This document shows positions 28,766-40,000 of a DNA stretch of 64,000 bases, one piece after another (the first letter of the stretch is position 1; each line of letters opens with the position of its first letter). The notes beneath the pieces are model-generated. The model did not search any database. It was given only the letters and a program-made list of their open reading frames with translations, and was not told where the DNA came from. This DNA is from a virus (Duplodnaviria > Caudoviricetes): the IMG/VR virus record IMGVR_UViG_2667527945_000002, positions 1-64,000 of that record. One strand, written 5' to 3'. Both the position numbers and the translations under genes were made by a program.

Positions 28766-30278
28766 ACCCAGCAAAAGGATTAAAAGTATTTGCCATGCCG
28801 GACCCATTGGCAAAAGGTTTCACTCGCTCACAAGTCAGCGAAGCTATGTATCAGCTAACAGCCGATCCAGAACAAGCCGCATTGATGATGGAAGTTGAGC
28901 CTTTATCTGTCATGGACGCCGCTTATATCGAGGGTGAGCTGGTAGAAAAACAAGATGGGTTTGTGCTGGATGCAGTAACAACCAGCTATGCTGTATTTCC
29001 TCGCACCATGAAAGCACTCGCCAGAGCACTTAACCGAGCGTTATCAAGCAGCGATGTCACCGTAACCGGCCATGAGGTTGGTCAGCCAAAGAAAAACAAC
29101 CTGTTTGCTACCGTGGCCGCGCAATTTACGCTAAGCGATGGGCAGGCGATTAGTGTTGTATTTCACGCCCCTGACGAAGATCCAAAGATATTCAAACCAG
29201 ACGATATTGTTATTGCTTTTCGATGGTTGCTGAATAAACGAGACATTACACCCGTTGTTGCCCCTGAAATGAGTAAGGGGAAAATGCGAGAAGTATCTCT
29301 AACTACGATCGGGAAGCGCATTGGCCATTTAGCCGCTGAAAACTCCAAAGCGTTCCAAGCCAAGCAAAAAGAGGTGACGGCAGCAAGAGAGCAGCTCGCC
29401 AGCTTGGAAGAATCCGCAAACAGCTTACTGGATGAGCTTAATAAGCTGACCACTGAAGTGTCTCAACTTGAAGGCCGCGATCAAGAGCTTGAGCACATGG
29501 TCACGGTCAAGTCCGAAGAGCTAGCAACTCGTAAAAGTTACAATGATAGTCTACGTGAAAAATCGCCGCTCTGAAAGCTGCAGCGCCCGAACCAACTCCA
29601 GAGCCAACAACTGAACAGGGTGAAGGCGAACCGCAACCAGAAGAAAATGCCGCATTAGAGCGTTTTCAGCTGGTGGATCCGTCATTGTATAACGATGTGC
29701 TTTCATCAATGAGCACGATCACGGCTATTGACCGTGGGGAAGAGAAAGGGTTAACTCGCTCACTCTTTGTCAATTCCATTGTTAACAAGTTAAAGACTCG
29801 ACATAACAATGGTCAGTCTGAAGTCGTTGATGCCGCATTAGATTTTATCTCTGAAGCACAAAAAACGCTTGATAAACCAATCATTTCAGCTCGAAATGGC
29901 GTTTGGGCTTTGCATAGCAATGCTACTGGCAGCAAGGAAGAGAAGGATGAACAGGCCACGCCGGAACCGGATGCACCTGAAGCGTCGCCAACGTCTGCAG
30001 ATACGCCGTCACCAGTGGAACCTGATACACCTGCAGAATCCCAAGAAGGGGAAAGTAGTGAAATGAATGAGCAATCTATAGGTGATAAGCCTCAAGCCGT
30101 ACTAACATTAGAGAATATTGTTAATGGTGTACATGATGATGTTGCTGCAGATGATGTGCTTGAAATGATAGAAGAAGCCAGCGAAGAGTTAGAAAAACTA
30201 GAACTGGTGGAGCAATATGACGCCCTAATCGGCTCAGCGGTAGAAAGATACGCAGAGTTAGATGAGAAGCAGGAGTAA
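28762..30278 (+). CDS. darA: DarA-like internal head protein (frameshift at an A tract near 29560 joins the two ORFs)
   Basis: RTMKALARALN..LSDGQAISVVFHAP..AFRWLLNKRDIT.VVAP; one extra A gives EKIAALKAAAPE.. continuing into the 29673 ORF. Confidence 0.8.
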
Positions 30279-30283
30279 TAGGC

Positions 30284-30595
30284 ATGTTATCTGGTGTAGA
30301 GAAACTCAAGCTGGCAAAAGAAATCCGTCAGCTTAGAAAGCAAATAAGAAGCACATCAATCAAAGGTATTGAAAAGTTAAAAATTGCCAAACAAATCAAA
30401 GCAGTTCGTGCTCAGATTGTGGGTGGAGCTAAAAAACTCGCGTCTCGACTCGAAGAGCTGATAAGTGGCAAGTTTGACAACTTAGAGCCGGTAAAATTCA
30501 TCACTATTGTGCGCGAAGTATCTGAAGAGTCGGGCGAATTTGAGTCCGTTAAGCAACCAGTAATTAACTATGTCGAAAAAAGACTCCCAGCCTAA
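30284..30595 (+). CDS. ddrA: DdrA-like protein
   Basis: MLSGVEKLKL..GIEKLKI repeat; position after darA. Confidence 0.65.
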   Translation: MLSGVEKLKLAKEIRQLRKQIRSTSIKGIEKLKIAKQIKAVRAQIVGGAKKLASRLEELISGKFDNLEPVKFITIVREVSEESGEFESVKQPVINYVEKRLPA

Positions 30596-32339
30596 AAAGA
30601 AGGCTGTCATTTCAGCCATTCAAGCGTCCAGCAAGATAGACGGTCTATGTGCCGTCTTCCTTGGCGCCTTTGGTGAAGTGATGAGTGCTCAAACGCATCA
30701 AGCTAAAGCACTCAAACAAAAATTGATCGACACCGAGGATGATTTAGAAAAATTCCAAGTTTGGCGAGACATTGTTTCGCTGCAAGTGGAGCTTAGCCGC
30801 TACGATGATAATCGTTTAGAAGCAATCGCTGAGCAAGGTGCAGACCTTAACAGTTTGCGACAGGCTTACATTGTGCCTGATGATCTTGACGAACGTCAGC
30901 GCCAATTCTGGCAACAGCAAGGCGACAGCTTTCTCAATGAGGTGATTTCCCCAGAGAAATCAAAGTTACTCAAAGAGGTGGCGAGTAGCATCAATGAGTT
31001 ACTCCGAAGTAATCCTGATATCAATGAAAGAATTGAACGTCTCGAAGATGAATACATATCGCCATTGGCAGAAAAAGCCAGAGGGGTGATAGGTAAGATC
31101 CATGAGCAAGGGCAAAGCGAAGTGCTTATGTCTGAGTTTGAAATGATACGTTCAGCCATTGAATCTGCTCACAGAACTCAAATTGACCCTGTTCTTATGG
31201 CCTCAAGTGAAGAGTTGGACCACGTAGCGCGAGAGCAGCTTCAATCACTGCAGGAACAAAAAAAGCGCCTTGGTACCGAGTTGATGTCAGATGTCTACGA
31301 CTCTCTGTTGGAGCATTCAAGCATTTCTTCAGAAGAAGCAGACCTATGGGCCAAAACTCAAGAGATCAGCGCTTCAGCGGTCACTAGGATGCGAAAGTCG
31401 GGCTATCCTGAGTCAGAAGTTAGACGCGACATGGCAACGTACTATCGCTTGATTAATGGACGTCTGGATAATGTTCGCCTTGTAACTACAGGGAGTAAGC
31501 GTGCAAGCGCCATTATCAATACGGCGACCATTGATATTGACCATGATTTTGACCGTCGAACCTTGTTTCACGAAATGAGCCACTTGTTAGAGTCGGATGA
31601 GTCGGTCAAGTTGGCCAATCAACGATTTATTCAAAAACGCGCTTCTGGTACCCCTCAGCGCCTTAGTGAGCTGACCAATAACCGATCCTACAAAAGTGAT
31701 GAAGTCGCTATCCCTGATAACTTCTACTCACCATATGTCGGTAAAGTCTATGAAAGTGGCGCAACTGAAGTGGCTTCCATGGGGATCCAACAGTTCTCAT
31801 CACTAGAAAGCATGTATGCGCTTTATGACAGTGATGATGAAATGTTTACTCTGATGGTCGGTATGATGACAGGGGTTAATGACACGCTCATTCAGCGTCA
31901 AAAGAAACAGTTCGACAAACAAGTCAATGGCGCTGGATTTAACGTTGCAGTGAAAAAGCTCATCAACCAGCTATCTTGGCAAGATGGTCATAGGATGACG
32001 TCTGATGAAGCTTGGCAGCAAGCATTGACAGGGAAAGGAAAAACTAACGCACACAATAAAAAGTGGGGCTGGAAACGCACACTAGGCAGTTGTGAGCTTT
32101 TCCCCGCTAAAGCACCACGCCAGAGAAAGCAGATTTATGGAGTGACAGTGGCTGGTGGCGATAGCGAACAGTCGAAACGCCACTTTTTTAGAGAAAGATT
32201 GCAGGCTGATATCTTCGTGTATATTCACGAGTTGTCGGTTCGAGGTATTAAGCCATTACCTCAAAGCGCTTTCTATCTTGCCTGCAACAATCAAGCACCT
32301 GATTGGTATCAACCTGATACTGAATTACCACTTATTTAA
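30570..32339 (+). CDS. ddrB: DdrB-like protein with zincin-type HExxH domain
   Basis: TLFHEMSHLLE, YVGKVY, TEVASMG; position. Confidence 0.7.
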   Translation: MSKKDSQPKKKAVISAIQASSKIDGLCAVFLGAFGEVMSAQTHQAKALKQKLIDTEDDLEKFQVWRDIVSLQVELSRYDDNRLEAIAEQGADLNSLRQAYIVPDDLDERQRQFWQQQGDSFLNEVISPEKSKLLKEVASSINELLRSNPDINERIERLEDEYISPLAEKARGVIGKIHEQGQSEVLMSEFEMIRSAIESAHRTQIDPVLMASSEELDHVAREQLQSLQEQKKRLGTELMSDVYDSLLEHSSISSEEADLWAKTQEISASAVTRMRKSGYPESEVRRDMATYYRLINGRLDNVRLVTTGSKRASAIINTATIDIDHDFDRRTLFHEMSHLLESDESVKLANQRFIQKRASGTPQRLSELTNNRSYKSDEVAIPDNFYSPYVGKVYESGATEVASMGIQQFSSLESMYALYDSDDEMFTLMVGMMTGVNDTLIQRQKKQFDKQVNGAGFNVAVKKLINQLSWQDGHRMTSDEAWQQALTGKGKTNAHNKKWGWKRTLGSCELFPAKAPRQRKQIYGVTVAGGDSEQSKRHFFRERLQADIFVYIHELSVRGIKPLPQSAFYLACNNQAPDWYQPDTELPLI

Positions 32340-32353
32340 TACTCTTTAGTTTA

Positions 32354-32382
32354 GCCGACTCCCTATCAACAGGGAGCCGGTT
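32354..32382. terminator. hairpin between convergent genes
   Basis: CCGACTCCCT..AGGGAGCCGG. Confidence 0.5.
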
Positions 32383-32384
32383 CA

Positions 32385-32951
32385 TTATTCGCATCCTAAA
32401 ATCCTCGTCATGCCTTCAACCACGTTTAATCGGATCCGTGCTAACGAAAGTTTTAGCTTAGCTTGCGCTACGCCTTCCTCTGCTTGCTCCTTTGCCGTGG
32501 GTGATACCTTTGCTTCGCTGTGAAGTACAGGTAAGTCTCTATGAGAGAAAAAATCCAACACATGAGGCTGAAACAGTTCAACGGGCGGTGTTGAATACCC
32601 TTGATGTACTGCTCGTTCGTAAATCCGCTCAAACTGAGCATGATTTGCGTGCTTGCAGTAAGTTAAAAAGCGATCCCGCATGGTACGGTCTGCCACACCA
32701 ATCATCATTGCTGCATCATGGATGCGTGCTCCGAGAAAGATAGACAATATCGCCTTTTGTGTTTCGTCAGTGTATAGGAAGTTAGTCTTTTCCTCTGACG
32801 ATACTGGTGAGGTCGCCGACTCCTGAACGACCTCGTTTGGATAGTTCGTGACATCCATTTCTTTTCTGCGTCCTGCTGACTCAAGATAGCCTGTCCCAAA
32901 GTCCGTTTTTTCAATATGAGTTATCACAGTATGAAAGTAGTCACCTAGCAC
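32385..32951 (-). CDS. putative SOS-inducible HTH-like regulator; paralog of 49870-50286
   Basis: AAGGAG RBS; GARIHDAAMMIGV HTH-like segment; LexA box upstream. Confidence 0.7.
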   Translation of the reverse strand: MLGDYFHTVITHIEKTDFGTGYLESAGRRKEMDVTNYPNEVVQESATSPVSSEEKTNFLYTDETQKAILSIFLGARIHDAAMMIGVADRTMRDRFLTYCKHANHAQFERIYERAVHQGYSTPPVELFQPHVLDFFSHRDLPVLHSEAKVSPTAKEQAEEGVAQAKLKLSLARIRLNVVEGMTRILGCE

Positions 32952-33000
32952 TACGTCTTCTCCTTTTCTTATTATGGAAGTGCAACCTTTGCACTAACAT

Positions 33001-33026
33001 AGATACTGTTTAAATATACAGTATCT
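33001..33026. promoter_or_regulatory. LexA (SOS) box
   Basis: AGATA-CTGT-TTAAATAT-ACAG-TATCT matches the gammaproteobacterial CTGT-N8-ACAG; overlaps a minus-strand -10 region. Confidence 0.85.
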
Positions 33027-33115
33027 TACATCTTTTTTATATAAATCAAAGACTCAATAAGGGCGAGTATGCATAAGAAGAGATATGTTGTATGTAGACA
33101 AAAAAGTCCACAAAA

Positions 33116-33865
33116 CTAACGAACTCTGAATGAGTCCGCCTTTGTGATTACTTTGAGTGATGAATGACTAGACAATAAAGTACGGAGTTCAAACACGCTA
33201 TAGCCCGTCTTCTCTCGAATTCGAGCCTTCATCGAACGCACGGTAGAGGGCTTAATCCCTAGCCTTTCTGCGGATTCTTTATCGGATAACCCCATTCTTT
33301 TGCAAAAATAAGACGAGACTCAGCCATGCTGAGCGGGTTTGAAAGGTCGGCAAAGTCAGGCACCTTCACATGCCTAGAATCACTGACTCGAAAAAATCAT
33401 TTATTAAAAATGCGGTACCAATCAAGTTTCCATTCAGGTCAATCAACGGGTATTTCTGCGTTTCAACGGTATGCAATTTGACACGATCACCAAAAAGTAA
33501 TCGCAATCTGCAAAAACCATCGCTTGGCGCTCTTCCATAATGAGCTGATCTTGCATTGCATACCCTTTGGCAACCTCATCACTCACACAAGTTGGCATTT
33601 CTTCTAGTCTCTTGCCGTAAAAACTGTACCCACAAGGCAAATCAACCAGCTCCCGATAATGGCAATTCATTACAAGGTATTCAGAGTTAACCCCTTTGAT
33701 ACCAGCGGGACCCGGATATCGCATCAGTTCAGCGACAAGGCAGTCACAAAGCACGAACTGTCCTGAGTGGATGCCATGATGAATGGACGTGTCCTTTCGT
33801 GGATAGCATCGCCGGCACAGGTGTTTATTTTTATTTAAGCAATCGTTATAGCTCTTTGCGGTCAT
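33116..33865 (-). CDS. VqmA-like PAS + LuxR-HTH transcription factor (three homopolymer frameshifts; intact or pseudogene unresolved)
   Basis: PAS: YPGPAGIKGVNS..N..YREL..G..EMP..QD; after repair KYPLIDLNGNLIGTAF and LSMAESRLIF..GLSDKESAERLGIKPSTVRSMKARIREK. Confidence 0.8.
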
Positions 33866-33966
33866 TCTATCCTCGAAAATATCTGTTAGACCGCCAACTG
33901 TAAAACGTAATTTATATATTAATTATTATGTTAATTCTTATTGTAGAACAAATTTTGACAAATTTA

Positions 33967-34000
33967 TGTGGATGCCTGTATTCATGTGGCTTGTTACCCT
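33967..34000 (+). promoter_or_regulatory. putative late promoter
   Basis: TGTGGATGC-N19-TACCCT upstream of darB. Confidence 0.65.
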
Positions 34001-34062
34001 CCAAATGAACATTAATGTTTGCCCATCAACAGGAGGATGGCGAGCCTCCCGCCATAAGCTGA

Positions 34063-37000
34063 ATGTACAAATTCTTAATAACAACCCCTTTTAAATCAGA
34101 AGTTTCCATTCTGATTAGTTCCGAGTGGGACCAAAAATCGAACGTCGAAATGGAAGGTTCAGACGATGACAAAAAGATGATAGAAAATTTCATCCGTTTT
34201 CATGGTATGACTCCCGACGGTCGCTTAGCTGGCCTACCAGAAATAGCACCAATGAGCGCTCATTATTCATTTACAACTAAAGCCGCTGTAGAACAGGGCT
34301 TTTCTATTACGTTTATTCAAGGTGAGCAAAAACCATACCCACACCGTGATGTGATCTTTGATAGCGCCAGTGATGACGCCCCATCGTTCACCACCAAACC
34401 ACAGTCCTTTAAACTGCAAGACCGTTACCAATTTCAAAACTTACCCATTTCGATTGAGAACAAAGCTGGCACGAAACGCTCTGGCGTCGATCCGGATGGT
34501 AGCGAATGGTCCGTCTCAATGCATTATGACTACGGATACATAAGGTCAACCAAAGGCACCGATCAGGAAGGTATCGACTGTTACGTTGGACCAAACCGAA
34601 AAGCCGATCACGTCTACATCGTAAAACAACATGCGATCGAAAAAGTAAAGCAGTGGTCGTCTAAGTATTGCCCTCAATGCAAAGAACACACGCACGACTG
34701 TGCATGTCCTGAATTCTTTGATGAAGACAAAGTAATGCTGGGCTTTGATAATAAAGAACAAGCAAAAGCAGCCTATCTGAAGCAGTACGATTCCGATCTG
34801 TTCTTAGGACCGATCTCTACCATGCGCATAGAAGACTTCAAGAAAGCGATCGCTGATGCTGATGGAGAGGAATTAGACCTGCCGTTACAGTTTGTTCATG
34901 ATCATGCCGTGCTGGATAGCGCAACGAACGAAGAAATCAAAGCGCTACAAAACGCAAAAGATATCAACGAATTAGAAAGCGTTTTCAATCAATTATTTAC
35001 TCCTACCAATTATGCTGATGAGCGCGATTTCGGTCTAAAAGCAAGCGGGGTAAAAACAAGAGAAGCGATCAATAACAAGGTAAAAGCGATCGTTGATCGA
35101 ATTAAGGCGGCAAACTGGGATACCAGCAGCTTGAGCGCCGAAGATTATGATCTGCTTGTACAGTACTCTGGTCGTGGGGGACTAAGTGAAAACAGCCAGT
35201 ACGAGTACTACACACCAACTTACATCGCAGAAGGGTGTTGGGACTTATTGAACGCTAACGGCTTTGATAATGGTAACGTGCTAGAACCTTCAGCGGGTGC
35301 CGGTGTGTTTAATGCGACTAAGCATCAAGGCGTGAAAATGACGGCAACAGAAATCGATCCGATCAGTTCTGCCGTAAATAAAATCCTTCACCCTGAAGAC
35401 AACGTATTTAATCAGTCATTTGAAACGATGGCCGTTGAATCTCCCGACAATCACTTTGATTCCGTTATTGGCAATATTCCATTTGGTAGCGCTCGTGGCG
35501 CGTCGGCCCACGACGATCCTGACCATAAAAATGAAAAACTGATTGAACGTTACTTTATCAACCGTCTCATCGACAAAGTGAAGCCGAGCGGATTACTGGT
35601 GCTCGTGGTTCCCGTCAATATTGTCCGTGAGCGTGGTAAGGCGTGGCAAAAATGGCGAGCTAAAATCAGTAAGAAAGCGGAATTTCTTGGTGCTCATAAA
35701 CTCCCAAGCAAAACATTTGGTAAACAAGGGACTGGTGTTGTCACCGATATTATCGTTCTTCGTAAGCACTCAAAGAATGGCGCTGAGAAAATAGCTCAAC
35801 TCCCAATGGCACAACTGCAGGAATCTAACGTGCTCTGGGATACCTTTATTGAAGGTAAATGGTGGGACCGCGATGGCAAACCGTTCATTCACGGTAAGTT
35901 CGTCGCCAAAGATGCGAGCAAAATCCGTGATGATGACAAAGTTATCCGTGATTCAAGCGTAACTGATGTAGCGCTCAAACGAAAACTAGCCGCTAAGTTC
36001 CACTCTCGCATAGATTGGGAAGCTCTTGATACGGCAGAGCCTGTGATTCATAACTATGTTGAAGGCGATCGTCGAGTGATTGATGAACGCACCTACGAGT
36101 TCACTCGTGGTAACTGGGAACCAGCAGACAGCCTGCAGGGAATGACAACCGCCATAGACAAAAATAAGTATGGGGTATCTTCGCTTGAAGCACTGCAGGG
36201 GCTGCTTGAAAGTAATCATGGGTTAATGTCGCTTTCGGTTAAGCAAGCCTTTGCTGCGATGAAAGCATGGGGCCATTTATTCAGTAAGCCCCAAAAACAA
36301 GCGATTGAGTTTGCAATGACTCAACCAAGTGATGAATACCGAGAGCAAATTTTCAGAGGCTCACTTATTGGCGCGGATCTCGCTCGTTTCCAAAATGACA
36401 CCAACCAAGGCGAATGGAATGCGACAGAACAAATGCGCCTTCAAGAGCTGGTGGCGAATGAAATCAATAAATATGGGCATCCAAAACAAAACAAGGGATT
36501 GATCCTCGCTGGTGAAAGCTCTCGCTACTTTGGTGTATTTTCTAACGCCATGGATGAAAACGGAGATTACTCCACTCTACTAACCGGTGATGTGAGCACA
36601 AAAGGACTGGCATTTGACGATACCAATCCACATGCCATCGTTGAGCACCTGTATCTACGAGAGGGCATGACTCATATTACGCTAGAAGACATACAGCAGC
36701 TGTACAAGGGTAAAACACCTATCCAATCGCTGTCTGATCTGGCCGACAACAAAAACCTTGCCATTCACCCTGACGGGCTTGTAATGCCAATGACTCGCTT
36801 TTGTTCAGGAGACGTTTACCAAAAAGTGCTAACACTAAGCCATGCACTTAATCTTGAGACGGATCCAAAGCTAAAAGCCAAGTATCAGCAACAGCTTGAA
36901 GAGATAGAGCAGCGACGCTTCAAAACAGAATCAGAAAACATTGCTTTCTCAATGCGCCACAAGTGGATTGACCGCAAATATGTTCTCGAATTCATGCACG

Positions 37001-40000
37001 AAAAAGGGTATTCCAACTTGGATTACCTCGTGGATAAAAAGCAGGTCGCACAAGATGATGATACTGGCAGTAGCTATGTAGAGAACGTTAAGATTCGTGA
37101 TACCAGATCTCCTTTTGGTGAGTTCGTGGGTTATGACGATACTCAAGGCTTTCACAAGCAACTTAATAACTGGCTGAATGGCGGTAACGTCACCAGTTCA
37201 AAGCAAGAATATATCGAAGAATACAAAGAGCGCGTCTCTCGTTTAGATGAAGAGTTCCGCCTTTGGATGCAGCAACACAAGGACATTGACGATCTCTCTG
37301 AACTATATAATCAAAAATTCAACTCATACATTCCATTTGAGCACTCTGATTCAGATTTAGGCTTAGAAGGCGTCAGCGCCATGGTTAAACCTCATGGTTA
37401 TCAATGTGCCGCCGTTCGTCGCTTGTCAGAAGATGGTTCCGGTATTCTTGGTTTTGATGTTGGTCTTGGCAAAACCTTCAGTGCTTTAGCGCTGGCCGCA
37501 TATAACAAGCAAATGGGCCGAGCGAGCAAGACGTTGATTGTCGTTCCTAACTCTGTTCTAGCGAACTGGTATCACGAAGCTAAGATGTTCCACGGCAAGC
37601 TGGATAACGCTTTATTTGTTGGCTTTAAGCCCAAGCAGGACAAAGAAGGACAAATTCAGAGAGAGCCAGTCAAAGACGAGAAGGGCAATCCTAAGAAAAA
37701 CAAACACACAGGCGAAGTTGAGTATCAAGACATCTTGATCAAAGAATCCGCTGAAGAAGTGTTTGATAAGATGCACCAAATACCACAAACGTCTAAATCG
37801 TTAGTGGTCATGACCTTTGAAAAGTACAAAGAAATTCAGATGCGCCCCGTCAACAAGCACAAGTATGCGGACAAGTGGGTAGAAAAATCACTAATTTCTG
37901 ATCAAATGGCAGCAAGTACTGTTGCGGGTGATGATTTCAGCCTTGGTAAAGGCAAAGATAAGATCAGCTATAAAGAAGCGGTACGAAAAGAAGCCCTGCA
38001 ACAACGATTCCTTGAAGATGGTGGTCATAAGAAGGGCGAATACCCTTACTTTGAAGATATGGGGATCCAATCGGTAATCATTGATGAAGCCCACGCATTT
38101 AAAAATAGCTTCAAAGCCGGCGACAAAACCGCAAATATCGCATACCTCCCTAATCCAACGGAATCACAGCGTGCTATCGACATGGCAATGAAGATGGCTT
38201 ACCTGCGTGACCAAAACGAAGGGCGCGGTCCGGTTCTATTGTCAGCAACACCTGTCACCAACTCGCCACTAGAAATATTCAACATGCTGTCACTGGTCCT
38301 GCCGGTAGAAGAGTTTGAAAAATTCGGCGTTTATACTGCAGACGATTTTGTACGTGTATTCGGCAAGGTCGACAATATAGAAAAAATGACCGTGCGCGGT
38401 GACATCGTTCAAAAAGACGGACTGGTTGGCTTCCAAAACTTAGATGGACTGCGAAACCTTTTCCACCGTTACACTCTCATGCGAAATGCTGAAGACGTTA
38501 ACCTAGCGTTACCTGATGCGCCAGAATCTCATGAAAATGTTGATATGACCGACGATCAGAATTCGGCCTATGAGACACTGCGTGAAGAAGCTAAAGAAGC
38601 CAGCAAACCAGCAAGACAACGTAGCCCTAACGCTCGTGCTTTATTTGCTGTTATGCGCGATATGGACAAAGTAACCACGGACATGGATTTGTACAATCAA
38701 ACCATGACCTTTACTTTCCCTGCAGCAAAGGCAAAAGCTGTCGATCAATTAATTGCCGCACTACCACCGTCTATCGAAGCTGAGCGTATTGAGCAGACAG
38801 AAGATGGGGAAGAGGTAAAGCGCAAAGTTTCTATTGAGCTTGAATACCAACGCAGTGAAGAATCCGAGTCTATTGTGCTGGTGGTTCCTGATGTTTACGA
38901 ACAAGCCGTTCTTGATCGTCTAAATGACGCTCTTATCAAGTCGTCAGATGTTAGTCACCCATTACCACCAAAATACGCGAAATTGATTGCCAACTTAACA
39001 GCAGAGCTGGAAGTGAAAGGTAAGCAAATCATCTTTACGGAAGAGAAAACGCAGCATCACAAACTCAAGCGCATTATCGTTAATCAGCTTGGCCTTGATG
39101 AGAAACAAATCGGCATTATTAATGGCGCCGACGCTGCAGGAGCGAAGCTTCAACGTATTGCTGATGCGTATAATGCTGGTGATATCAAAATCGTTATCTG
39201 TAACAAGAAAGCGGAAGTGGGCGTAAACCTCCAAAAAGGAACAAGCGCAATCCACCACTTAACGCTCCCATGGACTCCTGCTTCAATCCAGCAGCGTAAT
39301 GGCCGTGGTGTAAGGCAAGGCAATACTGCCTCAAAAGTCAGTTTGTACTACTACCTTGGTAAAGGGTCGTTTGATGGGTACCGCCTTGATCTGCTTAATA
39401 AGAAAAAGAGCTGGATGCGTGACTTATTCAACGGCACTGAGTCTGAGGCCGTCAATGGTAACGCCATTGATAACGACGACTACCTTGATATGTTTGAAGC
39501 GGATCCTGAAGCAGCTAAAGCTAAGCGAATGGAACGCTTGGCACAAAAGCAAGCTGAACGTAAACGCAAGTCAGATCTAAAGTGTGCCGTAGACTTGTCT
39601 CAAGTGATTGGTCTACGCAGCCAGCTATCGAATTGGGAAACCAACAAAGCCGAAGACTACAACCGCCTCATTGAGCGTAAAAACAAAGCGCAAGCTTCGC
39701 TATCGAGAGTCAAAGAAAAAAGCGAAGACAGCGGTAAAGCTGAACAAGCACTGGCTCGTGTGAATAAATCTATTCAAGATCACGATGAAAAATGGCAAGA
39801 AGACAAACGAAAGCTTGAATCTAGACTGTCACAACGTGTGACGTTCCTGAAACAGAAAGCCAGTGCCGGTGAATTGCCGTTTAATGGTGAAATCATAGAA
39901 AACCCAGAAACCGCCATCGTAGCGCGTGATGGTACTGTGCTCACTATTGGGGATCATCTTGAGACGGACTTTGGTGCCATTCTTCGCATTGAACAAGTAG

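Noticed and set aside
29555-29575. darA, repA and other A-tract shifts as programmed frameshifts or phase variation
   Set aside because: There are many, all the same one-base deletion, and they include essential genes. An assembly artefact is more parsimonious.
32952-34062. Canonical VqmA box, AphA box or Qtip-like small ORF near the VqmA-like gene
   Set aside because: No G-rich/C-rich VqmA palindrome was seen, GTGCA-ACCTT-TGCAC has a 5-nt rather than 6-nt spacer, and no convincing small ORF was found.
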